Source of the DNA: an uncultured Deferribacteres bacterium | GTDB taxonomy: Bacteria > Zhuqueibacterota > Zhuqueibacteria > Zhuqueibacterales > Geothermadaptataceae | DNA: 34,153 nt | Assembly (NCBI GenBank): GCA_964014485.1 | Contig: CAXHAT010000081.1 | Location: forward strand, 1-34,153 | Direction of reading: 5' to 3' | Part shown: positions 21,587 through 29,962 of the stretch, in pieces | Layout: each line of letters starts with the position of its first letter | Position numbering within the stretch: the stretch's first letter is position 1 | The notes under the pieces: generated by a model | Seen by the model: only the letters and a program-made list of their open reading frames with translations | What the model was told of the DNA's origin: nothing | Database searches by the model: none | Translations under genes and position numbers: made by a program

Positions 21587-23356
21587 TTAGCGACGCACTA
21601 ATGTGATGGTAATGCCCCAATTCGTCGGGTCGTGCGGCGGCGAGGCGTTCCAATCGTTAAACGAATGCGAGTCGTCGGACTCATAAAAGACGATGTATTC
21701 GCCGCGATCCAATGATATTCTCTCGCTAACCATCCGATTTTTTCTGGCTCCGCCCGCACGATCAGTGTCATCATATTCCATTTCCCAGACCACCTTGCCC
21801 GTCTCGGCGTTTTCGATCCAGCCGAAATCATACATTTTGCCGTCCATTCCCTCGCCAAGCGCGTAAATTTGAATTTGTGCGTCGCGATCCAGAGTGAAGC
21901 GTTTGCGCTCATATTCTTCGTCGCGGACATGGATAATTCTCGCCAGCACGTTCGGGTCGTTTTCCGGCTTGTACTCCGAAACGTCGCTGGAATAAAAATT
22001 CGCATCCGCCGGCATGACACTCAGCCCATAATGTTCCTGATCATATGGCGGCGAAGCGTTCCAGTCGCGATAGGAGTGCGAATCGTCGGTGACGAAATAT
22101 GCGATGTAATTTCCGCGTGAGAGTGTAACCGTCTCGTCGTAGAGTCGGTTTTTCTCAGCGCCTCCGCCGTGCTCCGTATCGCGAAGTTTCATCTCCCAGA
22201 CTTTCTCGCGAGAGTTCGCATCGACGATCCAGCCGTAGTCAAACATTTCGCCGTCGCGACCTTCACCGATGGCGTAGATGTGAAGTTTCATCTCGCGATT
22301 CAGCGTAAAACCCTTTTCAAAAAATTCGTCATCACGGGCGTTAGTGAACGAGACGAAGGCGTTTTTAAAGGTCGTGTCTTCATAATCGTAGGCTTGAAAA
22401 TCACGCCGGGCGTCGGCGTTCTTGGAAGAAATCTTCAATCCCCAAAAAGCGGGGTCGTAGGGTGGCGGTGAATTCCATTCCTGCGGCGAATGCGAATCGT
22501 CCGTTACCACAACGGCGACGTACTTGCCGGCGGGCAGCGTAATCGTTTCTTGCGCCATGCGATTTTTCACCGCGCCGCCTGCACGTTCGGAATTGCGGTA
22601 ATCCAGTCGCCAGACTTTTTCGCGCGTCTCGGCGTTCATGATGTAGCTATAATCGAAATTGCCGTCTCGGCGCGCTTCGCCGACGGCGTAGAGATCGAGC
22701 TCAAGTGAATTTGAAAGCGTGAAGCCGACGCGCTCGTACATTTCGTCGCGATTGGCGAAAACAAAAGCCAGCGCGTCTTTTCTCTGCGTTTCAATTTTCT
22801 CGTTCAGTTCGTTCTTCGAAATTGAGCGACCGTCTGCTGTGATGCGGAAATAGAAATCGCGACTTAAATCATCATATTCCTCATCGTCGCGATTGAAAAT
22901 GCCCCGAAAAATGTTGGAGACGATGCCGCGCGACCACCATTGTCCTGAGCTTGAATGCCAGCCATCATCATTGTCGCGAAAGTAATAAGGGAAGGAAGCA
23001 AAATACGCTTCGTAAGTTCCGGCGGGCAAGCGTACCGTTTCGGTGTATTCTTCAACTCGCGGGCCTCGACGCGGGAAAGCGGCGCCGTCCATTTCCCAGA
23101 CTACTTTTCGCGTTTCGCTGTTGAGAATCCAGCCGTAGCCGAACATAAAACGATCTTCCCGGCGTTCGTCGATGTAGTGAATGCCAGCAATCTCGATCTT
23201 TATTTCTTCCGCGCTGTCCAATCGAAAACCATTGGTTCGCAACTCTTCCGGGTAGACGTTTTTAATATTCGCAACGGCCTCTTGCCGCGCCTGAAGTCCG
23301 CCAGTCAGAAGCGCAAGAATCAAAAGCGTCAAAACGCGCTGAATGATTTGTTTCAT
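21587..23356 (-). CDS. Secreted protein with four ~120-aa internal repeats, function unknown
   Basis: Signal peptide (MKQIIQRVLTLLILALLTGGLQA). Repeated GWI-N/DA-T/S-xxVWEM...GGA-KNR...L-xG-Y...DDSHS...WN-SPP-D motif. Confidence 0.85.
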   Translation of the reverse strand: MKQIIQRVLTLLILALLTGGLQARQEAVANIKNVYPEELRTNGFRLDSAEEIKIEIAGIHYIDERREDRFMFGYGWILNSETRKVVWEMDGAAFPRRGPRVEEYTETVRLPAGTYEAYFASFPYYFRDNDDGWHSSSGQWWSRGIVSNIFRGIFNRDDEEYDDLSRDFYFRITADGRSISKNELNEKIETQRKDALAFVFANRDEMYERVGFTLSNSLELDLYAVGEARRDGNFDYSYIMNAETREKVWRLDYRNSERAGGAVKNRMAQETITLPAGKYVAVVVTDDSHSPQEWNSPPPYDPAFWGLKISSKNADARRDFQAYDYEDTTFKNAFVSFTNARDDEFFEKGFTLNREMKLHIYAIGEGRDGEMFDYGWIVDANSREKVWEMKLRDTEHGGGAEKNRLYDETVTLSRGNYIAYFVTDDSHSYRDWNASPPYDQEHYGLSVMPADANFYSSDVSEYKPENDPNVLARIIHVRDEEYERKRFTLDRDAQIQIYALGEGMDGKMYDFGWIENAETGKVVWEMEYDDTDRAGGARKNRMVSERISLDRGEYIVFYESDDSHSFNDWNASPPHDPTNWGITITLVRR

Positions 23357-23414
23357 TTGAAATCTCCCTTTCCAAATCGATCAATTTTTTGCTCAATTTG
23401 AGCCATTTATCACT

Positions 23415-23487
23415 TGTCATTCTCGCGCAGGCGAGAACCTATTTCAATTGCACAAAACGACAGATTCCCGTTTACACGGGAATGACA
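23415..23487. repeat. REP-like doublet palindrome, family C
   Basis: TGTCATTCTCGCGCAGGCGAGAACCT ... AGATTCCCGTTTACACGGGAATGACA; each half is a hairpin and the ends are inverted. Confidence 0.75.
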
Positions 23488-23512
23488 CTCGAGGTAAGCA
23501 GTAGAATGGTCT

Positions 23513-24202
23513 TTATACCCGAAACTGCTTGTTAAAATTCTCCGTGACCACCTGCCCGTCGAAGAGATGAATCACGCGGTGGCTGTATTCGGCGTAGGAA
23601 GGCGAGTGCGTGACCATGATGATCGTCGTGCCGTCTTCGTTCAATTCAGTGAGCATTTCCATCACTTCATCGCCGTGTTTGGAGTCGAGGTTTCCGGTAG
23701 GTTCGTCGGCGAGGATCAATTTTGGCCGACCAACGACGGCGCGCGCAACGGCGACGCGTTGCTGCTGGCCGCCGGAGAGTTGTTGGGGATAATGGTTGCG
23801 CCGGTGCATAATTTCCATTTTTTCGAGCGCTTCTTCAACGCGCTGTTTGCGCGTCGCGCCCGGGACGTTCTGGTAGAGCAGCGGCAATTCAACGTTTTCG
23901 AACACTGTCAGTTCGTCAATAAGGTTGAAACTCTGAAAAACAAAGCCGATGTTCATTTTCCGCAGCTCGGCGCGCTGGCGTTCGGTGTAATCTGAAACTT
24001 CTTCTTCAACAAAAAAATACTCGCCGCCGTTTGGGTTGTCAAGTAAGCCAAGAATATTTAAAAGTGTGGATTTACCGCAGCCGGAAGGCCCCATGATTGA
24101 AACAAATTCCCCGTCTCTAATCTCAAAACTGACGTGGTTGAGCGCGGTGGTTTCAACTTCGTCCGTCGTATAAACTTTCGAAAGCTCATTGATGCGAATC
24201 AT
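23513..24202 (-). CDS. ABC transporter ATP-binding protein (LolD/MacB-like)
   Basis: [38 protein letters not shown]. Confidence 0.95.
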   Translation of the reverse strand: MIRINELSKVYTTDEVETTALNHVSFEIRDGEFVSIMGPSGCGKSTLLNILGLLDNPNGGEYFFVEEEVSDYTERQRAELRKMNIGFVFQSFNLIDELTVFENVELPLLYQNVPGATRKQRVEEALEKMEIMHRRNHYPQQLSGGQQQRVAVARAVVGRPKLILADEPTGNLDSKHGDEVMEMLTELNEDGTTIIMVTHSPSYAEYSHRVIHLFDGQVVTENFNKQFRV

Positions 24203-24455
24203 GAATCTCCTCCTCTATCAGGCGTATCTGGAGAAACGTCGTTTTTGCAAATTCGACGTTTATTTTATCGGCAAGAATCGACCACGCCGTCAAATCCGGC
24301 GCAATCTTCCTATCAGACGCATGATATGAAAAATGGTTACAGGATAGATAAAAGTTTGTCATCGTCGCCTGTTGGACACAATGAACCCCAAAAAAGTTTG
24401 TTCGATTTGTTTAAAGATTAACCGCGACGCAGCGCGGGTCGCATGCTGAAAAGAA

Positions 24456-24488
24456 TTGACATTTTCAAGTCACTTTGATATTGTGACT
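24456..24488 (+). promoter_or_regulatory. Putative sigma70 promoter of the TIR-STAND operon with overlapping inverted repeat
   Basis: TTGACA (24456-24461), 17 nt, TATTGT (24479-24484) with extended TGn. AGTCAC-N9-GTGACT (24468-24488) straddles the -10. Confidence 0.55.
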
Positions 24489-24655
24489 ATACTGAAACGG
24501 TCCGAATATTTGCCCAAAAAACACCGCGTTAAGAATGAAACCAAAGCCGATAATAATGGTGAAATAAATGCTCTGACATGGAAGTCGGAGCTTAATAGGC
24601 CACCCCCTAAAAGAGGAACCAAAAGCGAGATAAATCAGGGCGGAATGGAGCAGAC

Positions 24656-26155
24656 ATGAGTGTCAGCAGATTTCCAAATGACCTTTTTATCAGTTACGCG
24701 CATATCGACAATCAGGCTCTGAGTCCCGATCAACGCGGCTGGATTGACGAGTTCCATCGTTGCCTGGAAATTCGCCTGCAACAGCTTCTCGGCGAAAAAC
24801 CGGAGATTTGGCGCGATCCGAAATTGCAGGGGAATGACTACGTTCAGGAAGAAATCGTAAGCAGGTTTTCCGAAGTCGCGATACTGGTCTCGGTGCTGTC
24901 GCCGCGATATGTGAAATCCGAATGGTGCATGAAGGAACTCGACGGGTTTCTGCACGAGGCTGAGGCGAAAGGCGAGCTCAAGATCGGGACGAAATCCCGC
25001 GTTTTCAAAATCATTAAAACGCACCTGCCTTTGGATGAGCACCCGGAGCCGCTCCAAAAACTGCTTGGTTATGAATTTTACCAATACGATGACGTCACTG
25101 GCAGAGCAAGAGAATTTTGGGGAGCGTTTGGGCCGGAGGCAAGCAGACGGTTTTATGCGAAATTGGATGACGTCGCCTGGGACGTCAAAGATTTATTGTC
25201 GGAATTAGCTTCGACGAACGGTCGCCACAAAGAGAACGGCAAGCAAAAACCCGCCGCAACAATATATCTCGCCACAACCACGACAGACCTTAACGACGAA
25301 TACCAAAAGCTTAGACGAGAATTCGTGCATCGCGGGTACTGCGTACTCCCGGAAGAAACGTTGCCGATGAACGGAAAACGCCTGCGCGAACAAGTCAAGC
25401 AAGACCTTGAGCAGTCACTGATTTCCATCCATCTCGTCGGCGGTAAATACGCTTCCATCCCGGAAGAAGAAACGGCGTCTAACTCTTTTATTCAAAAAGA
25501 ACTTGCCGCTGAACAAACCCGAAGGCCGAACTTCCATCAAATTGTCTGGCTGCCCGTGGAACTGGAGATTTCTGATTCTAGGCAGGAAGAATGGGTGGAA
25601 ACTTTGCGCAACAGCGATCCCGCACGGCAAAACTTCGACCTGTTGCAAACGCCGCTCGAAGAACTCAAAACATTCACTGAAGATAAAATCAAGCACCTTT
25701 TGAGGCCCGCCAAAACCAAACCGTCGGGCGAATCGCCCGCGCACATTTATTTGATTCACGACCATGCGGACGAAGACGCCGTCCAGCCATTGAACGACTT
25801 TCTTTTCGACAGCGGCTTCGAGGTTCTCCGCACTTATGCTGAAGAAGACGAATCCGACTTCCACAAAGAGCACATTGAGAATTTGACGATTTGTGATGCG
25901 GTCGTCATCTATTTCGGGCAAGTCACGGAACGCTGGGTGCGCTCCAAATTACGCGACCTGATCAAGACCCGCGGCTATGGACGCGAAACGCCCCTGGATG
26001 CAAAAATGATTTACATCGACGACGACGGTTCGCCGGGCAAACAGCGGTTTCGGACGCACGAAGCGGAAGTCGTTAGGGCAAAAAAGGCTTTTAGTCCGGA
26101 AGCATTGACTTCCTTTATCGCTGATCTTCGCAACGGCGACGGGAGGCGCTCATGA
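24656..26155 (+). CDS. TIR domain protein with two additional TIR/DUF4062-like alpha/beta domains
   Basis: N-terminal DLFISYAHID...IWRD...LSPRYVKSEWCMKEL (TIR, Glu94). Two further modules begin IYLATT and IYLIHD. Confidence 0.85.
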   Translation: MSVSRFPNDLFISYAHIDNQALSPDQRGWIDEFHRCLEIRLQQLLGEKPEIWRDPKLQGNDYVQEEIVSRFSEVAILVSVLSPRYVKSEWCMKELDGFLHEAEAKGELKIGTKSRVFKIIKTHLPLDEHPEPLQKLLGYEFYQYDDVTGRAREFWGAFGPEASRRFYAKLDDVAWDVKDLLSELASTNGRHKENGKQKPAATIYLATTTTDLNDEYQKLRREFVHRGYCVLPEETLPMNGKRLREQVKQDLEQSLISIHLVGGKYASIPEEETASNSFIQKELAAEQTRRPNFHQIVWLPVELEISDSRQEEWVETLRNSDPARQNFDLLQTPLEELKTFTEDKIKHLLRPAKTKPSGESPAHIYLIHDHADEDAVQPLNDFLFDSGFEVLRTYAEEDESDFHKEHIENLTICDAVVIYFGQVTERWVRSKLRDLIKTRGYGRETPLDAKMIYIDDDGSPGKQRFRTHEAEVVRAKKAFSPEALTSFIADLRNGDGRRS

Positions 26156-29100
26156 ACGCGCAACAATCGCCGCAAGCCAATCCGTTCCCCGGCCTTCGTC
26201 CTTTTGAAAAAGAAGAAAATCACCTGTTTTTCGGACGCGACGGCCAGAGCGACGAGCTTTTGAGTCGTTTGCGCAAAAACCGTTTTCTCGCGGTTGTCGG
26301 CACGTCGGGAAGCGGCAAATCTTCGCTGGTGCGCGCCGGACTGCTCCCCGGGCTGGAAGGCGGCATGATGTTAAAAGCGGGGACGCATTGGCGCACCGCA
26401 ATCTTTCGCCCAGGCAACCACCCAATCGCCAATTTGGCCAAAGCGCTCAACGAAGCGGACGTTTACAGCAAAAACGGCGGAGAAACCGTAACCCACCAGA
26501 TTTTCACGGAAACGGCGCTCCGGCGCGGCGCCGTCGGCCTGATTGAAGCTGTGACGGATGCCCGTCTCCCCCAAAACGAAAAACTTTTGCTGGTTGTTGA
26601 TCAATTTGAAGAATTGTTTCGCTTCAAGTCCGGGACGGATTCGATCAAGGGTTACGATGAAGCCGCGGCCTTTGTCAAGCTCCTGCTCGAGGCCTCCTGG
26701 CAAGAAACCCTGCCAATTTATGTCGTCCTGACGATGCGCTCCGATTACATCGGCGATTGCGCGCAATTCCGCGATCTGCCGGAAGCGATCAACGACGGCC
26801 AATACTTGATTCCACGCATGACGCGAGAACAGCGTCGCCAGGCTATCTCCGGGCCGATCAAGGTCGGCGGCGGAGAAATTAGCGCAAGATTGACGAACCG
26901 GGTGTTGAACGAAGTTGGCGACAACCCGGATCAACTGCCCATTTTGCAGCATGCGTTGATGCGCACCTGGGACTTTTGGGAAAGCGCCCGCAAGAACGGC
27001 GAACCCATCGATATTGAGCACTACGAAAGCATCGGCGGCTTGCAGCGCGCACTCTCGAAACACGCCGACGAAGCCTTCAAAGAACTGCGCGGCAAACGGA
27101 ACAAGCAAATCACTGAAAAGCTTTTCAAGGCATTGACCGAAAAGGAATCCGAGAATCGCGAAATTCGCCGCCCGGCAACGCTTGCCCAAATTTGCGAAAT
27201 CGCCGAAGCTGAAGAAGACGAGGTTTTGGCGATTGTCGAAACGTTCCGCAAGCCGGGGCGCGCCTTTCTCATGCCGCCGGTCAGGGAATCCATTTCCACG
27301 CACACACTCATCGACATTTCGCATGAAAGCTTGATTCGCAATTGGCTGCGACTCAAAAAATGGGTGGACGAGGAAGGCGAATCCGCGAGAACCTACAAAA
27401 GATTGGCGGAAACAGCGGTGCTCTACAAAGAAGACCGCGCCGGACTCTGGCGCAATCCCGATTTGGAAATGGCCCTCGCCTGGCGGGAGAAGGCGCATCC
27501 AAACGCTGTTTGGGCTGCACGCTATTCGCCGCATTTTGAAATAGCGACCTCTTTTCTGGAGGAAAGTCAACTTGCTCATCAACTCGAGTTGGCGGCGATT
27601 GAAGAAGCGCGGCAGCATGAGCTTGCACAAGCAAAAGCGTTGGCCGAGGAGCAAAGCCTGCGCGCTGAAGCGGAAAAAAAACGCGCTCAAGAACAGGAAC
27701 AATCGGCCAGAAGGTTGAAGCGCGGCGCGATTGTTTTGCTCGTGGTGATGGTCATCGCGGTCGTCGCCGCAATCTTCGCACTCCAACTCAAACAAACCGC
27801 CGATGAAGAACGCCAAAATGCCGTTGATAATTTTGAGCTTGCCAAAGAAAATGAACGGCAAGCCAACCTGGCGCGACAGGTCGCGGATTCCGCCAAAATC
27901 GTCGCCTTGGAAGAACGGCGGATCGCGGATGAAAGGAGATTGGAAGCGGAGCGACAACGCAACAGAGCCTTGCAGCAAGAAAGAATTGCGAACGCGAACC
28001 TTGAACGTGCGGAAACCGCTGAAGAAGACGCCTTAAACCAGGCTCGCCTTGCGAAAGACAACGCTGAGGCGGCGCGACAGAGTCAGATTGCGGCTGAAAG
28101 ACAAGCGCAAATCGCCGACAGCCTGCGCAAAATCTACCTCGTCCGCTCCCTCGCCTCGGTGGCGCCGTTGCAGCAGCAGATTGGACAGGATGAACGCGGC
28201 GCATTGCTGGCGTTGCAAGCTTATCATTTCAATGAATCACAGGCGGAGGCTTCGCAAACGCCGGAAGTTTACGAAGGTCTGCGTCGTTCGCTCAATGCGC
28301 CGTTTTTTTCTGAGGGCGCGGAATTGGGGCTGGGCGGTCCGCGGCTTAAACGCAAACACGACGATTGGGCGCGAACCGTGGCTTATCATCCAAACGGCGG
28401 CTTCATTGCTTCCGGCAGCGGCGACGGCAGAATCTATCTTTGGGATCTGCAGCAAGACAGCGTTTACACAATGTCGGGGCACGCCGGCAGCGTGCGGGCG
28501 ATAACGTTCAGCGCCGGAGGGGATTCGCTTTTTTCCGGCAGCGATGACGGGACCATCCGCTTGTGGTCAAACATGTTTCGCGGCAGAGCGGCCTCCCGAA
28601 CTCTGACGGGGCACAAAGAACGCGTCTGGGCAATTGACCTAAGCCCCGATAATCGCATTCTCGCTTCCGGTGCGGCGGATGGAGAAATTCTGATCTGGCA
28701 ATTGAGCCGCTCGACCAATTCGCCCAAAAGCGCATTGCCCTCCAAAGCGCCCATACGCGCGCTGACTTTCGCCGACAACGGCGAAACGCTCCTGAGCGCC
28801 GGTCGCGACGGCGAGGTTACCGTTTGGGCAAAGAACAGCGCCGGGGATTTCGATAAAAGCCACGAATTTCAAGTCTCGGATCAAATCAACGCGATTGTCC
28901 TAAGTCCGGACGGCAATGAACTGGCGCTCGGGCTGCAGCAAGGCGCGGTCAGCGTGCTGAACTGGAAAGACCAAAACCAGTCACCTCGCCAGCTTTACCG
29001 TCACGACGGCGGCGTGACGTCTCTGGCGTACTCGCCGGACGGAATCACGCTCGCGTCGGGCGGTTACGACAAAACCGTCCGACTGACGCCGTTGAACGCC

Positions 29101-29355
29101 GCTCTCACTCGCCCGTTGATTTTGCAAGCGCACGAGGATTGGGTGCTTTCGATTGCTTTCAGTCCGGCCGGCGACCGCATCGCTTCCGGCGGAGCCGACC
29201 GTGCAATCGGTCTCTGGTATACAAATCCTGATAATCTCGCCGAACTCGTCTGTCAAAAAGTGCAGCGCAGTCTGTCGCAGGAAGAATGGGCGCAGTTTAT
29301 CGGCAACGATTTAAAGTACGAAGAATCATGCGGAAGGCCTTCTTCCAAACAATAA
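26152..29355 (+). CDS. nSTAND1-type P-loop NTPase with TM helix, coiled coil and 7 WD40 repeats
   Basis: NPFPGLRPF...FFGRD, GTSGSGKSS, LVVDQFEELF, LTMRSDY, LPILQHAL, ISHESLIRNW. TM at about 27724-27783, seven WD40 units from about 28357 to 29220. ATGA overlap with the TIR gene. Confidence 0.92.
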   Translation: MNAQQSPQANPFPGLRPFEKEENHLFFGRDGQSDELLSRLRKNRFLAVVGTSGSGKSSLVRAGLLPGLEGGMMLKAGTHWRTAIFRPGNHPIANLAKALNEADVYSKNGGETVTHQIFTETALRRGAVGLIEAVTDARLPQNEKLLLVVDQFEELFRFKSGTDSIKGYDEAAAFVKLLLEASWQETLPIYVVLTMRSDYIGDCAQFRDLPEAINDGQYLIPRMTREQRRQAISGPIKVGGGEISARLTNRVLNEVGDNPDQLPILQHALMRTWDFWESARKNGEPIDIEHYESIGGLQRALSKHADEAFKELRGKRNKQITEKLFKALTEKESENREIRRPATLAQICEIAEAEEDEVLAIVETFRKPGRAFLMPPVRESISTHTLIDISHESLIRNWLRLKKWVDEEGESARTYKRLAETAVLYKEDRAGLWRNPDLEMALAWREKAHPNAVWAARYSPHFEIATSFLEESQLAHQLELAAIEEARQHELAQAKALAEEQSLRAEAEKKRAQEQEQSARRLKRGAIVLLVVMVIAVVAAIFALQLKQTADEERQNAVDNFELAKENERQANLARQVADSAKIVALEERRIADERRLEAERQRNRALQQERIANANLERAETAEEDALNQARLAKDNAEAARQSQIAAERQAQIADSLRKIYLVRSLASVAPLQQQIGQDERGALLALQAYHFNESQAEASQTPEVYEGLRRSLNAPFFSEGAELGLGGPRLKRKHDDWARTVAYHPNGGFIASGSGDGRIYLWDLQQDSVYTMSGHAGSVRAITFSAGGDSLFSGSDDGTIRLWSNMFRGRAASRTLTGHKERVWAIDLSPDNRILASGAADGEILIWQLSRSTNSPKSALPSKAPIRALTFADNGETLLSAGRDGEVTVWAKNSAGDFDKSHEFQVSDQINAIVLSPDGNELALGLQQGAVSVLNWKDQNQSPRQLYRHDGGVTSLAYSPDGITLASGGYDKTVRLTPLNAALTRPLILQAHEDWVLSIAFSPAGDRIASGGADRAIGLWYTNPDNLAELVCQKVQRSLSQEEWAQFIGNDLKYEESCGRPSSKQ

Positions 29356-29372
29356 AATTTGGAGTAAACGCC

Positions 29373-29894
29373 ATGCGACGGAAGAACAAAAACAAGAAAG
29401 CGCCGCCGACAATCCGGCTGGCCATTGTACTGCTTTGTTCCAGCGTTTTTCCGACCGTCATTGAGGCGCAGACCAACTGCCAGGAAATGATTGCGCGCGC
29501 CAATCGCGCTTTGCAGGCGGGACGGTTTGAAACATCTATTCGCGTTTTGAACCAGACGATTGAGAGCAATTGCTCCCTGACAGACCAAACCCAGGCGCAC
29601 AGACTTCTGGCCTTGAGCTACATTGGCGCAGACTCTTCGAAAGCGGCCGTCAAGTTTGTTGTGCATGACTTGATCGCCCTGAACCGAAAGTTTTCGCCTT
29701 CTTTAAATGATCCCCATTTGTTCAAAGAGTTGGTGAAGCAAAGAAAACGACACTTGGCCAAAAAGCGCCGCAGAAATCGCTTCTTGAAAATTGGCGGCGT
29801 CGCCCTGGCGGTCGTCACGCCGAGTTATTTGCTCATGACAAGACCGCCGAATGCTTTGCCTGGTCCGCCGAGAGGAGGGCCGGGACATAATTGA
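29373..29894 (+). CDS. Small exported TPR-like protein with C-terminal TM helix and Pro-rich tail
   Basis: Start reassigned to ATG 29373 (GGAG RBS, 17 nt after the STAND stop). Signal peptide ending IEA-Q, helical QAGRFE...AHRLLALSY segment, KKRRRNRFLK + hydrophobic helix + LPGPP. Confidence 0.7.
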   Translation: MRRKNKNKKAPPTIRLAIVLLCSSVFPTVIEAQTNCQEMIARANRALQAGRFETSIRVLNQTIESNCSLTDQTQAHRLLALSYIGADSSKAAVKFVVHDLIALNRKFSPSLNDPHLFKELVKQRKRHLAKKRRRNRFLKIGGVALAVVTPSYLLMTRPPNALPGPPRGGPGHN

Positions 29895-29962
29895 ATGGAT
29901 TTTCTTGTGAATCGTCCAGGTCTGACCGAACTCATCTATTCATCACGACTTGAGGAATAGTC

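Noticed and set aside
24271..24284. Sigma54 promoter for the ABC ATPase (minus strand TGGTCGATTCTTGC)
   Set aside because: The GG-to-GC spacing is 9 nt rather than the strictly required 10.
26371..27978. 535-aa antisense ORF within the STAND gene
   Set aside because: It lies entirely opposite a well-supported gene and has no motifs; this is the expected codon-bias shadow.
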